Part shown: piece after piece, positions 25,003-37,440 of the stretch
Layout of the letters: every line of letters starts with the position of its first letter
Position numbering within the stretch: the first letter of the stretch is position 1
Assembly (NCBI RefSeq): GCF_013362045.1
Contig: NZ_JABFWW010000018.1
Span: 1 to 50,697 of the forward strand
DNA length: 50,697 nt
Reading direction: 5' to 3'
From: Frateuria sp.
GTDB lineage: Bacteria; Pseudomonadota; Gammaproteobacteria; Xanthomonadales; Rhodanobacteraceae
The notes under the pieces: generated by a model
The model's input: only the letters and a program-made list of their open reading frames with translations
What the model was told of the DNA's origin: nothing
The model's database searches: none
Translations under genes and position numbers: made by a program

Positions 25003-26055
25003 ATGAGCGACGAGGCCATCCTCCAACGCCTGCGCCACATCGGCTGGCGCGGCGAGCTGCCGTCCGGCGGCCGGCGCATCGCGCGCGTGGTCGCGCAGCA
25101 TCGTGCCGGCTACGAGCTGCACGATGGCCAGGCGCTGTTCGGCGCACAGCCGGCAGGACATTTCCTCAAGCGCGCGCTGGATCCGGCGCAACGCCCGGCG
25201 GTGGGCGATTTCGTCGAGGTGGAGGACGGCCGCCCGCCGCACATCGCCACCGTACTGCCCCGCCGCAGCGTGCTCTCCCGCGCCGCCGCCGGCGAGCGCT
25301 ACGAACGGCAGACCATCGCCACCAACATCGACTACGTGCTGGTGCTGACCGGGCTGGACAACGATTTCAATCCGGCGCGCATCGAGCGCTACCTTTCGCT
25401 GATCGAGGATTCCGGCGCCCAGCCGGTGGTGCTGCTGAGCAAGCTCGACCTGCACGAGGAGGCCGCCGCACGCATGGCCGCGCTGCGCGAGCGGCTGCCG
25501 GAGGGCACGCCGGTGCATGCCATCAACGGCAAGGACCCGGCCAGCGCGACCTTGCTCGCGCGCTACCTGGGCCCGGGCGACAGCGCGGTGCTGGTCGGCT
25601 CCTCCGGCGCCGGCAAGTCCACACTCACCAACACCTTGCTGGGCGCCGAGCGCATGGCTACCGGCGCAGTGCGCGCGCACGACAGCCGCGGCCGCCACAC
25701 CACCACCCACCGCGCGCTGCTGATGCTGCCCTCGGGCGGCTGCCTGATCGACACGCCCGGCATGCGCGAACTGAAGCTCACCGGCGAGGAGAACCTCGAC
25801 CTGTTCGCCGACATCGAACTCTTGGCCGAAACCTGCCGCTTCGCCGACTGCGGTCACGGCAGCGAGCCCGGATGTGCGGTGCAGTCGGCGCTGGACTCCG
25901 GCGAGCTCACCGCCGAGCGCTGGCGCAACTACCTCAAGCTGCGCGACGAGCGCGAGGAGCAGGCCGCCACGCTGGAGGCGCGCCTGCGCCGGCAACGCGG
26001 TGGCCGCCCGGCGGACCGCCCGCACGGGCACCGCGGACGGCGCGAGCGGGAATGA
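25003..26055 (+). CDS. rsgA: Ribosome small subunit-dependent GTPase A
   Basis: Circularly permuted GTPase: SKLD, GSSGAGKSTL, GRHTTT, DTPG; zinc finger CRFADCGHGSEPGC. Confidence 0.92.
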   Translation: MSDEAILQRLRHIGWRGELPSGGRRIARVVAQHRAGYELHDGQALFGAQPAGHFLKRALDPAQRPAVGDFVEVEDGRPPHIATVLPRRSVLSRAAAGERYERQTIATNIDYVLVLTGLDNDFNPARIERYLSLIEDSGAQPVVLLSKLDLHEEAAARMAALRERLPEGTPVHAINGKDPASATLLARYLGPGDSAVLVGSSGAGKSTLTNTLLGAERMATGAVRAHDSRGRHTTTHRALLMLPSGGCLIDTPGMRELKLTGEENLDLFADIELLAETCRFADCGHGSEPGCAVQSALDSGELTAERWRNYLKLRDEREEQAATLEARLRRQRGGRPADRPHGHRGRRERE

Positions 26056-26081
26056 AAGCCACGAAAAGCGGGAGATCACCG

Positions 26082-26285
26082 ATGGAACCCGATGCGCTGA
26101 CCAAGGGCCGGCGTGAGGTCCGCTACGGCGTGGCCTTCCTGTCGGCCGGGCTGCTTTGCGCGATCGGCGCGTGGCGGGTGATCGTTCGCCACGAAGGTTT
26201 CCTGCCGGTGGGCCTGCCGCTGGCGGCGCTGGGAACCGGCAGCGCCCTGCTGGCCCGTCGCCCACGGCGCGGAGAGGGCGCATGA
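26082..26285 (+). CDS. Small two-TM membrane protein
   Basis: GGAG RBS before ATG 26082 (alternative ATG 26052 overlaps the rsgA stop); two hydrophobic segments; ATGA overlap with next gene. Confidence 0.6.
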   Translation: MEPDALTKGRREVRYGVAFLSAGLLCAIGAWRVIVRHEGFLPVGLPLAALGTGSALLARRPRRGEGA

Positions 26286-27553
26286 GCACGACGGCGCCGG
26301 AGCAGAACCACTACGCCGCACTCGACCGGCGCCTGCTGGCTGCCACCCGCGCCATCAACATCCTGCCCACCGTCGCCTGGCCGGCCTCGCTGGAGCAACG
26401 CATGATCGCGGCCTACGAGCGCGGCGACTACGCGCTGCCGGACGTGCACTACGTGCGGCCGGACCTGGCGCAGGTGCGCGCCGAACTGGCGGCGATCGAA
26501 CGCGAGGCCGAGACCGCGCTGGCCGGCGATCCGATCGGCGATTACCTGTGCCGTACCGCCGCCTCCTGGCGCATCGCCACGCAGATGCTGGAGGCGGTCG
26601 GCAGCGCGGGCGTCACGGCACCGTCCATCGCCCTGTACGGACGCCCGGGCGACGCGATTCCCGGCAGCCAGAAAAGCAATCTCGACGCGGCGCGCTATTT
26701 CGTCGAGCTGTCCGACGAACTGGGTGCCGACCTGCTGGCCGACGATGTGTGCATGGACATCCCCGCCGAAACGCTGCGGGTGGACCTGGGCCATACGCTG
26801 GACGAATTCTTCGGACCGGGCCGCATCGTCGTCGAGGTCGATCCGGAACTGACCGCCAAGGCCGCCGCCGGCGCCACCCGCATCCGCCTGCGCGGCGGCG
26901 CGAGCTTCAGCGAGTACGACCGCCACCAGCTGCTCGCGCACGAGGCCTTCGTGCATTCGCTGACCGCGCTCAACGGCCGCGAGCAGCCGCTGCTGGCCTC
27001 GCTGGCGCGCACCTCGCCGCGCGTCACCGCCACGCAGGAAGGCCTGGCGGTGTTCGCCGAACTGATGTCCGGCGCTATCGACATCGCCCGCCTGAAGCGC
27101 ATCAGTCTGCGCATCCTGGCGATCGACATGGCGCTCAACGGTGCCGATTTCGTCGAGGTCTACAAGTACTTCCGCCACTGCGGCCAGGGGTCGGCGGACA
27201 GCTTCCATTCGGCGCAGCGCGTGTTCCGCGGCGTGCCGCTGGGCGGCGGCGCGGCCTTCGCCAAGGACAACGTGTATCTCTCCGGCCTGCTCACCGTGCA
27301 CACCTTCTTCCGCTGGGCCTTCAAGCAGCAGCGCATGGACCTGCTGCGTTACCTGTTCGCCGGCAAGCTGGCGCTGCACGACGTGATCACCCTGCAGCCG
27401 CACTTCGAGGCCGGCACGCTCAAGCCACCACGCTGGCTGCCGCCGTGGATGCAGCACGTGCATGGACTGGCCGGCAAGCTGGCCTTTTCGCTGTTCGTCA
27501 ACGGCATCCACATGGGGCAGGTGCAGGCCGATGAGCTGAACCTGCGGCTGTAG
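26282..27553 (+). CDS. QEGLA-motif protein (DUF1704, MATCAP-like metallopeptidase family)
   Basis: HEAFVH (HExxxH), TQEGLAVFAE, RVFRG, KDNVYL. Confidence 0.85.
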   Translation: MSTTAPEQNHYAALDRRLLAATRAINILPTVAWPASLEQRMIAAYERGDYALPDVHYVRPDLAQVRAELAAIEREAETALAGDPIGDYLCRTAASWRIATQMLEAVGSAGVTAPSIALYGRPGDAIPGSQKSNLDAARYFVELSDELGADLLADDVCMDIPAETLRVDLGHTLDEFFGPGRIVVEVDPELTAKAAAGATRIRLRGGASFSEYDRHQLLAHEAFVHSLTALNGREQPLLASLARTSPRVTATQEGLAVFAELMSGAIDIARLKRISLRILAIDMALNGADFVEVYKYFRHCGQGSADSFHSAQRVFRGVPLGGGAAFAKDNVYLSGLLTVHTFFRWAFKQQRMDLLRYLFAGKLALHDVITLQPHFEAGTLKPPRWLPPWMQHVHGLAGKLAFSLFVNGIHMGQVQADELNLRL

Positions 27554-27642
27554 GCCGCGGCACAGCAGGGCGTTCCCGGCCCCGCGCGTGGGGCGCACTG
27601 CTACCATGTAAGGCCGCTTCCCTTCGCACAAAGCCGCCACCC

Positions 27643-29955
<2,313 letters not shown>

Positions 29956-29998
29956 GTGCGATCTGGGCGTATGCTCCGCGTGAAGACCGGGGGTAACC

Positions 29999-31030
29999 AT
30001 GGCTGAGCCAAGGGAAGCCCGCATAGGGACACGCCAGCTTCCATCCTGCACCGTGCTGGTCATTGCGTATCGCATGCAGCACACGATCGCCGAATCCTTG
30101 CGCTCCGTACTGGCGCAGGAATTGCCGTGCGAGATCATCGTCTCGGACGATTGTTCGGGCGATGAGAGCCTGTCGGTCGTGCGCGGCGTCATGGAGGGCT
30201 ACACGGGGCCGCACCGAGTCACCATCCGCAGCACGGCGCAGAACCTCGGTCTCTGCGCGCACCTGAACGAGCTGGCCGAGCTCGCCAGCGGCGAGGTGCT
30301 GGTGTTCCAGGCCGGCGACGACGTGGCCCGCCCGGACCGGGTGAGGCGCCTGCTGGCGGAGTTCGCCGCCCACCCGGAGGCGCAGGTGGTCGGCTCGGCC
30401 GTCGACGACATCGACGAGGAAGGCCACCTGCTCGCCGAAGGGGTACGCGGCTTGCCCCGGCGGCTCGATCAGCGCGCTTTCCTTCGGCGCGGCCGCATGC
30501 AGACCGTGCTGGGCGCCTCCATGGCGATCCGCCGTGAGCTGATCACCGGGTTTCCGCCGCTGCACGGCTTCGTGGAAGACAACATGCTCAGCCTGCGCGC
30601 CGCGCTGGTGGGCGAGTGCCGCTGCCTTCCGGAAGCCTTGCTCGGCTACCGGCGCCACGGCGGCAACCTCAACGACTGGATGTTCGACCGCAGCGGCCAC
30701 GACTACTCGACCTACGAGCGCCGCAACCGCCGCGTGCTGACCATGTACCGCCAGATCGCCGCCGACCAGGAGCGTTGCGCGGAGGCCCGCCCCGAATTGC
30801 CGGCCGAACGGCGCCGGCTGGCGCTGGCCTTGGCTGCAATGTACCGGCTGGAGGCGGACATGCGCGAGGCGCTGCTCGACCGCCCCCGGCACCAGTGGAT
30901 CCGCTTGCTGTGGCGCGGACTGCGCCATCCGGGCCTGCATCGCAAGAGCGCCGAGCGCGGCCTGAAGCTGCTGCTGCCGCGCCGCTGGTTCGGCCGCGGT
31001 GCGCAGATACGCGGCTACCTGGGCTCCTAG
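29999..31030 (+). CDS. GT2 glycosyltransferase
   Basis: EIIVSDDCSGD, NLGL, QAGDD (DxD variant), VED, YRRHGGN. Confidence 0.85.
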   Translation: MAEPREARIGTRQLPSCTVLVIAYRMQHTIAESLRSVLAQELPCEIIVSDDCSGDESLSVVRGVMEGYTGPHRVTIRSTAQNLGLCAHLNELAELASGEVLVFQAGDDVARPDRVRRLLAEFAAHPEAQVVGSAVDDIDEEGHLLAEGVRGLPRRLDQRAFLRRGRMQTVLGASMAIRRELITGFPPLHGFVEDNMLSLRAALVGECRCLPEALLGYRRHGGNLNDWMFDRSGHDYSTYERRNRRVLTMYRQIAADQERCAEARPELPAERRRLALALAAMYRLEADMREALLDRPRHQWIRLLWRGLRHPGLHRKSAERGLKLLLPRRWFGRGAQIRGYLGS

Positions 31031-31977
31031 CGCGCCGCGGCCTCGCGGCGCGCGCGCGCCAGCTTGCGCAGCAGCCGGGTCTGCAGGCGCACCGCCGTCC
31101 GCCACGGGGCCTGGCCCGGCGCCGCCAGCGCCGCCCGCTCGCGCCAGATCGATCGCAGCAGCGGCGCGTAGGTACGCCGGTCGATAGCCAGCGCCAGCGC
31201 ATCGGACATGCGCCGCGCGCGGCCTTGTCCATCGAAGCGACTGTCGGCCAGGGTCCGCAGCAGGGCGACGCGATCGTCTATCCATCCGCTGTAGCGATCG
31301 GGTTTGCGCGCCAGGCCTTCCCTGCCCAGCGACGAGAAGGCCTGGATATGGCGCCGGAACTGCACCAGCGGGCGATCCACGTACGCCACGCCGCCGCGCG
31401 CCGCCGCGAACATCGCCAGCACCCAGTCGTAGAACAGCTCCGGCGGCAGCGGGCGCACGTTCTCGAACAGGTCCCTGCGTACCAGCAGCGCGTGGCCGGA
31501 TACCGAGTTGGCGAAGGCGAACCGCAGCGGCTCCCGACCGGCCAGCATCTGCGTGTCGTCGGAAATCCTGCGCCCGTTGGGTTGGCCCTCGCCATCGATG
31601 TAGGCCGAGTCGCCATACGCCAGATCGGCCGCGCCGATGGCGGCCAGCAGCGTGGCCAGCTTGTCCGTAGCCCACACATCGTCCTGGTCGCTGGGGGCGA
31701 TGAACTCGCCCCGGCACAGCGACATGGCCCGCTCGAAGCTGCGCGTGGGCCCGAGGTTGGCCGGGTTGGGACGCACCTGCACGCGCGCGTCGCGCCGCGC
31801 GTAATCCTGCAGCAGGGCCACGCTGGCGTCGCTGGAGCCATCGTCCACCGCGATGAGTTCCAGGCGAACGTCGCGCTGCGCCAGGATCGAATCCAGCTGC
31901 GCCGGCAGGAAGCGCGCCCCGTTGTACACGCTCATGGCGACCGAAATCAGCGGCGAAGGCATGGCGGGCGTGGGCAT
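31027..31977 (-). CDS. GT2 glycosyltransferase
   Basis: ISVAMSVYNG, VDDGSSD, SDQDDVW, YDW, FRRH; start uncertain (31962, 31977 or 32007); a TACCAT -10-like element over ATG 32007 favours a downstream start. Confidence 0.85.
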   Translation of the reverse strand: MPTPAMPSPLISVAMSVYNGARFLPAQLDSILAQRDVRLELIAVDDGSSDASVALLQDYARRDARVQVRPNPANLGPTRSFERAMSLCRGEFIAPSDQDDVWATDKLATLLAAIGAADLAYGDSAYIDGEGQPNGRRISDDTQMLAGREPLRFAFANSVSGHALLVRRDLFENVRPLPPELFYDWVLAMFAAARGGVAYVDRPLVQFRRHIQAFSSLGREGLARKPDRYSGWIDDRVALLRTLADSRFDGQGRARRMSDALALAIDRRTYAPLLRSIWRERAALAAPGQAPWRTAVRLQTRLLRKLARARREAAAR

Positions 31978-32112
31978 GTGGTCCGGACCGGTGTGGCGGC
32001 GGAGCATGGTAAGCGATGGCTGCCGTGTGGCGGCCCACCCCCTGCAAAGCTAGAATCGGGGGCTCCCCACACGTGAATACAAGAGGCGCCACGCGCGCCG
32101 CGGAGAAGCTTC

Positions 32113-34833
32113 ATGGATCAGCTCGATGACGTCCTGAATCAGGATCTCGACCCCACCGAAACCCGCGAATGGGTCGAATCGCTCGATGCGGTCATCCAGC
32201 ACGACGGCACCGAGCGCGCGCACTTCCTGCTCGAGCGCATGGTCGATTCCACCCGGCGCTCCGGCGGCTACCTGCCGTTCGACCCGACCACCGAGTACGT
32301 CAACACCATCGCGCCGGCGAACGAGGCCAAGAGCCCGGGCGACGCGGCGATGGAATGGCGCATCCGCTCGATCATCCGCTGGAACGCGATGGCGATGGTG
32401 GTGCGCGCCAACCGCAAGCCGGGCGAGCTGGGCGGGCATATCGCGAGTTTCGCCTCCTCGGCCACGCTCTACGACGTGGGCTTCAACCACTTCTGGCGCG
32501 CGCCCTCGGCCGAGCATCCGGGCGACCTGGTGTTCCACCAGGGCCACTCCAGCCCCGGCGTGTACGCCCGCTCCTTCCTCGAAGGGCGCATCGGCGAGGA
32601 GCAGCTGGACCTGTTCCGCATGGAGGTGATCGGCAAGGGCCGCGCGCTGTCGTCCTACCCGCATCCGTGGCTGATGCCCGACTACTGGCAGGTGCCCACG
32701 GTGTCGATGGGCCTGGGTCCCATCCAGGCGATCTACCAGGCGCAGTTCTGGAAGTACCTCGAGCACCGCGGCCTGATCCCCAAGACCGACCGCAAGGTGT
32801 GGTGCTTCATGGGCGACGGCGAGTGCGACGAGCCCGAGTCGCTGGGCGCCATCTCGCTGGCCGGCCGCGAGGGCCTGGACAACCTCGTCTTCGTGATCAA
32901 CTGCAACCTGCAGCGCCTGGACGGCCCGGTGCGCGGCAACGGCAAGATCATCCAGGAGCTGGAGGGCGTCTTCCGCGGCGCTGGCTGGAACGCGATCAAG
33001 GTGATCTGGGGCAGCTACTGGGATCCGCTCCTGGCGCGCGACAAGGACGGCGTGCTGCGCAAGCTGATGATGGAAACGCTCGACGGCGAGTACCAGGCCT
33101 GCAAGGCCTTCGGCGGCGCCTACACGCGCGAGCATTTCTTCGGCAAGTACCCGCAGACGCGCGAGATGGTGGCCAACCTCTCCGACGACGACATCTGGCG
33201 CCTCAACCGCGGCGGCCATGATCCGCACAAGGTCTACGCCGCCTACCACGCGGCCGTGAACACCAAGGGCATGCCCACGGTGATCCTGGCCAAGACGGTC
33301 AAGGGCTACGGCATGGGCCTGGGGTCGGGCGAATCGCAGAACCCGACCCACCAGCAGAAGAAGCTCGACACCGACTCGGTGCGCGCCTTCCGCGACCGCT
33401 TCAACATCCCGGTGGCGGACGACAAGCTGGGCGAGGTGCCGTACTACCACCCGGGCAAGGATTCGCCGGAAGTGGAGTACATGATGGAGCGTCGCCGCGC
33501 GCTCGGCGGCTTCCTGCCGCAGCGCCGGCGCAAGACCGACGTGCAGCTCAAGGCGCCGGAGCTGTCCGCGTTCGAGCAGATCACCAAAGGCACCGGCGAG
33601 CGCGAGATCTCCACCACCATGGCGCTGGTGCGCGGCATGAACCTCCTGCTGCGCGACAAGGCCATCGGCCCGCGCGTGGTGCCGATCGTCGCCGACGAGG
33701 CGCGCACCTTCGGCATGGAAGGCATGTTCCGGCAGATCGGCATCTACGCGCCGTTCGGCCAGAAGTACCGCCCGCAGGATTCGGACCAGCTGCTGTACTA
33801 CCGCGAGGACCAGAAGGGCCAGGTGCTGCAGCAGGGCATCAGCGAGGCCGGCGGCATGGCCTCGTGGATGGCCGCGGCCAGCAGCTACTCGATCAGCAAC
33901 CAGCCGATGCTGCCGTTCTTCATCTACTACTCGATGTTCGGCTTCCAGCGCATCGGCGACCTCGCCTGGGCGGCCGGCGACATGCGCGCGCGCGGCTTCC
34001 TGATCGGCGGCACCTCCGGTCGCACCACGTTGAACGGCGAAGGCCTGCAGCACGAAGACGGCCAATCACACCTGATGTCGGGCGTGATCCCCAATGTCAA
34101 GTCGTACGACCCGACCTTCTCCTACGAGGTCGCGGTGATCCTGCAGGACGGCACCCGCCGCATGCTGCAGGAGCAGGAGGACGTGTACTACTACATCACC
34201 GTGATGAACGAGAACTACGAGCACCCGGATCTGCCCAAGGGGTGCGAGGAAGGCGTCATCAAGGGGATGTACCTGTTCCGGGATTCGGGTGTCGGCAACG
34301 GTGGCGGCAAGGGCAAGTCGAAGGCCAAGGCGCCCTGCGTGCAGCTGCTGGGTTCGGGCACCATCCTGCGCGAGGTGATCGCGGCGGCCGAACTGCTAGA
34401 GAAGGACTTCGGCGTGGCCGCCGACATCTGGTCCTGCCCCAGCTTCAGCGAACTGCGCCGCGACGGCTTCGACGCCGAGCGCTGGAACCGCCTGCATCCG
34501 GAATCCGAGCAGCGCCTGCCCTATGTCACCCAGCTGCTGCAGGGGCGTTCCGGTCCGGCCGTGGCCGCCACCGACTACGTGCGCGAGTACGCCGACCAGA
34601 TCCGTGCCTTCATGCCCGATGGCATGCGCTACACCGTGCTGGGCACCGACGGCTACGGCCGCTCCGATACACGCGAGCACCTGCGCGAGTTCTTCGAGGT
34701 CGACCGCTACTGGATCGCCCACGCCGCGCTGGCCGCGCTGGCGAAGGACGGCCTGGTCAACGCCAAGGACGTGGCACGCGCGATCAAGGAGTACAAGCTC
34801 GACCCGGCGAAGCCCAACCCGCTGACGGTGTGA
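32113..34833 (+). CDS. aceE: Pyruvate dehydrogenase E1, homodimeric type
   Basis: GGHIASFASSA, QGHSSPG, SSYPHP, GDGECDE, NGEGLQHEDG, LGTDGYGRSD. Confidence 0.97.
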   Translation: MDQLDDVLNQDLDPTETREWVESLDAVIQHDGTERAHFLLERMVDSTRRSGGYLPFDPTTEYVNTIAPANEAKSPGDAAMEWRIRSIIRWNAMAMVVRANRKPGELGGHIASFASSATLYDVGFNHFWRAPSAEHPGDLVFHQGHSSPGVYARSFLEGRIGEEQLDLFRMEVIGKGRALSSYPHPWLMPDYWQVPTVSMGLGPIQAIYQAQFWKYLEHRGLIPKTDRKVWCFMGDGECDEPESLGAISLAGREGLDNLVFVINCNLQRLDGPVRGNGKIIQELEGVFRGAGWNAIKVIWGSYWDPLLARDKDGVLRKLMMETLDGEYQACKAFGGAYTREHFFGKYPQTREMVANLSDDDIWRLNRGGHDPHKVYAAYHAAVNTKGMPTVILAKTVKGYGMGLGSGESQNPTHQQKKLDTDSVRAFRDRFNIPVADDKLGEVPYYHPGKDSPEVEYMMERRRALGGFLPQRRRKTDVQLKAPELSAFEQITKGTGEREISTTMALVRGMNLLLRDKAIGPRVVPIVADEARTFGMEGMFRQIGIYAPFGQKYRPQDSDQLLYYREDQKGQVLQQGISEAGGMASWMAAASSYSISNQPMLPFFIYYSMFGFQRIGDLAWAAGDMRARGFLIGGTSGRTTLNGEGLQHEDGQSHLMSGVIPNVKSYDPTFSYEVAVILQDGTRRMLQEQEDVYYYITVMNENYEHPDLPKGCEEGVIKGMYLFRDSGVGNGGGKGKSKAKAPCVQLLGSGTILREVIAAAELLEKDFGVAADIWSCPSFSELRRDGFDAERWNRLHPESEQRLPYVTQLLQGRSGPAVAATDYVREYADQIRAFMPDGMRYTVLGTDGYGRSDTREHLREFFEVDRYWIAHAALAALAKDGLVNAKDVARAIKEYKLDPAKPNPLTV

Positions 34834-34839
34834 TCGGTC

Positions 34840-35070
34840 TTGAGCCCCTCTCCCGCCGGGAGAGGGGTTGGGAGAGGGTTCGGTACCGTCGTACATCACG
34901 CTTCGCCCGACCCTCGCCCGCCTGCCGGCACCCTCTCCCGGAGGGAGAAGGGTCCGCTCAGGAAGCCTGCGGCAGGTGCTTCGACTTCGGCGCTACGCGC
35001 CTACGTCCAGCACGAGTGGCTCAGAAAGTGAACCGTTCACCCTGAGCGTAGCGAAGCGAAGTCGAAGGGT
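34840..35070 (+). repeat. Composite ~230-bp palindromic element
   Basis: CCCCTCTCCC-GCC-GGGAGAGGGG, GACCCTCGCCCGCCTGCCGGCACCCTCTCCC, CTTCGACTTCGG...CTGAGCGTAGCGAAGCGAAGTCGAAG. Confidence 0.85.
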
Positions 35071-35089
35071 CCTGAGCGCGCAACACCGG

Positions 35090-36688
35090 CTACTCGGACA
35101 ACACCCGCTGGATCGCCTCCAGCCCATGCCCGCGCGTCTCGATGCCGCGGCGCGCGAGCAGCCACGCGGCAAGGCCCATCGGCAGCGCGATCAGCAGCGC
35201 CGACAGCATGAAATGCTCGAACAGGCCGAGCACGCCCAGCAATGCGCCCAGGATGCCGCCCAGCTTGGAGCCGCCGGCGATCAGGCCCGCGCCGGTGCTG
35301 CGCAGATGCACCGGGTAGATCTCTGCCGCATACGGGATCAGCGTGGCGATCACGCCGCTGATGCTGAGCAGCAACAGCACGGTCGCCGCCGTGGTGAGCG
35401 CATCCGAGTGCAGCTGCAGCGCGCCGATGATGAAGAACAGCAGCAGCGCGGCGGTGGTCAGGGCGATGAACGACACCAGCGTACGGATGCTGCTCCAGCG
35501 CTGGTAGCAGCCCACCACCAGGGCGATGCCGGGCAGGGCAAGGATCGCCGAGCGCGCCAGCAGCGCCGCGCTGGCCTGGGCATCGATGCCCAGCCCGATC
35601 AGGTTGGCCGGCAGCCACAGCAGGAAGCCGAAGTTCGCCAACCCCCAGGCCACCGCGCACACCATCAGTCCTCCGGTGATCGCCGCATGCCGGCCGCGCA
35701 GCAGCTGGCGCAGGCCGACCCGCGGTGCATCGTGCGCCTGCGTCGCCGGTTGCGGCGCGAGGTCCTGCACCGGCGGCTGGTGGCCGGAGAACTTCAGCAG
35801 CACTGCGCGTGCCTGGTCCTCCAGCCCGGCCAGCGCGAGGAAGCGCGGCGACTCCGGGATGTAGCGGTTGAGCAGCACGATCAACGCGCCGGTGGGCAGG
35901 TTGAGCAGCCACAGTGCGCGCCAGCTGTAGGCCGGCTCCAGCAGCGTCGCGGCGCCCGAGGCCATGAGGTAGCCGGCCGAGGTGCCGACGCCGCCGAGGG
36001 CCACCAGCAGCCAGCCGCGATGCGCGGTGGGAATGGTCTCGGCCATCAGCGTGAAGGTGATCGGCAGCATGCCGCCGGCGGCCGCGCCCATCATGAAGCA
36101 CATCACCAGGTTCCAGCCGAACGCGGGCATCGCGCCGCAGATCGAGGTGCCCATGAACATCAGCGCGGAAAGCAGGATCGTGGCGCGCCGCCCGAACAGG
36201 TCGCCCAGGCGCCCCCACACCACCGAGCCCACCGTGGTGCCGATGAGCGCCGACAGCGCCAGCAGGCCGCCGGTCGCCGCGCTGATGCCGTACTCGGCCG
36301 CCAGGCCCGGCATCACGAAGCCGATCGTGGCCGGCTTCATCACGTCCACCGCCAATGCCAGGGTCAGCGCGATCACCAGCTTCCAGTGCTCGCGGTTGAG
36401 CGGCGCCTGATCGGCGACGTGGAACGGTAGCGGGCTGCGCTCGGCATGCAGGGTGCGGCGCATCTGCGCCAGCCGCGGCATCAGGCCGTAGGCGGACAGC
36501 AGCACGCCCAAGGGCACCAGCGCCATGCCGGCGAGCATCAGGCGGTCCATCGGCATGCCGGCCAGCCGGTAGTGCATGGGCGCGGCCATCGCCAGCATCG
36601 GCAGGTGCGCCAGCACGCCGGCCACCACACAGGCGCAGCCGGACCAGAAGGCGAGGGGATGGTGGAAGGTGACGTGCTTGTGGGGCAT
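35090..36688 (-). CDS. MFS transporter (sugar/aromatic-acid-like) with N-terminal membrane extension
   Basis: GRLGDLFGRR motif A, ETIPTAHRG, PESPRFL, EIYPVHLRSTG, ETRG. Confidence 0.88.
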   Translation of the reverse strand: MPHKHVTFHHPLAFWSGCACVVAGVLAHLPMLAMAAPMHYRLAGMPMDRLMLAGMALVPLGVLLSAYGLMPRLAQMRRTLHAERSPLPFHVADQAPLNREHWKLVIALTLALAVDVMKPATIGFVMPGLAAEYGISAATGGLLALSALIGTTVGSVVWGRLGDLFGRRATILLSALMFMGTSICGAMPAFGWNLVMCFMMGAAAGGMLPITFTLMAETIPTAHRGWLLVALGGVGTSAGYLMASGAATLLEPAYSWRALWLLNLPTGALIVLLNRYIPESPRFLALAGLEDQARAVLLKFSGHQPPVQDLAPQPATQAHDAPRVGLRQLLRGRHAAITGGLMVCAVAWGLANFGFLLWLPANLIGLGIDAQASAALLARSAILALPGIALVVGCYQRWSSIRTLVSFIALTTAALLLFFIIGALQLHSDALTTAATVLLLLSISGVIATLIPYAAEIYPVHLRSTGAGLIAGGSKLGGILGALLGVLGLFEHFMLSALLIALPMGLAAWLLARRGIETRGHGLEAIQRVLSE

Positions 36689-37030
36689 GCGGGAAGGCGG
36701 GTGGACGACGGTCCAAGCTTACCTGCGGCGCATGCGCTTTCACTCGTTTCCCGCGATGGGTGAGTTCACGGTGCGGCCGATACCGCGATCGCCGCGCGCG
36801 TCGATGCGTGGTCCGTCGAAGGCCTGCACGCCATCGCCGCCCGGCAACAGGCGGGGGCTGCGCGGACCATCCCAGAGGGCCACGCTCGAGCAGCACCACG
36901 CCGGCCCGGGCGCATGCAGGTGCGCCGTGCAAGCCCGCATGGCGGATGCGGTCGTAGCGGGATCGTCCGAGCAGTACGGCGGTTTCCACGCGATTCGGCG
37001 TCAGCATCCAAGCGACGTGATGCGACGGAC

Positions 37031-37324
37031 ATGACGGCCCCTTCGCGCGCCATCGCCGATACTCGCGATCTCGACAGCCACACGCGGGCTCTCACGATGC
37101 AAGGCATGCAAGGCGACGAAGCGGTCGTGCCGGCCGAAGTTGCCCATTCTTCGACAGCGGGGTCGATGGGCGGTCCGCCGGGCGAACCCGAGCACCCGCA
37201 GCAGGATCCGCCGCCACCCCCTCCACGGGATCCCGGCGATCCCGGCCGGCCGCAGCAGCCGGAACTGCCACCGGTGGATCCGCATACGCCGACCCTGCCG
37301 GAGCCGCGCATGGGCGCGAGCTAA
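37031..37324 (+). CDS. Hypothetical proline-rich protein
   Basis: Low-complexity PGEPEHPQQDPPPPPPRDPGDP tail; start uncertain (37031 or 37097). Confidence 0.5.
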   Translation: MTAPSRAIADTRDLDSHTRALTMQGMQGDEAVVPAEVAHSSTAGSMGGPPGEPEHPQQDPPPPPPRDPGDPGRPQQPELPPVDPHTPTLPEPRMGAS

Positions 37325-37440
37325 GGACGATCGGGCGCTCGTCCGGCCATTCGCGCGTTCCCGCGGAAGCGGTCCGACCAAGCGGACAGGTTTCCCGACG
37401 GGCGCAGGAAGCGCATGCGCGGCGTCAAGCGATCTCCGCT

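Noticed and set aside
36689-37030. Small ORFs in the gap upstream of the MFS gene (for example 36740-36940 minus)
   Set aside because: No RBS, motif or coding-like composition; more likely a divergent promoter region.
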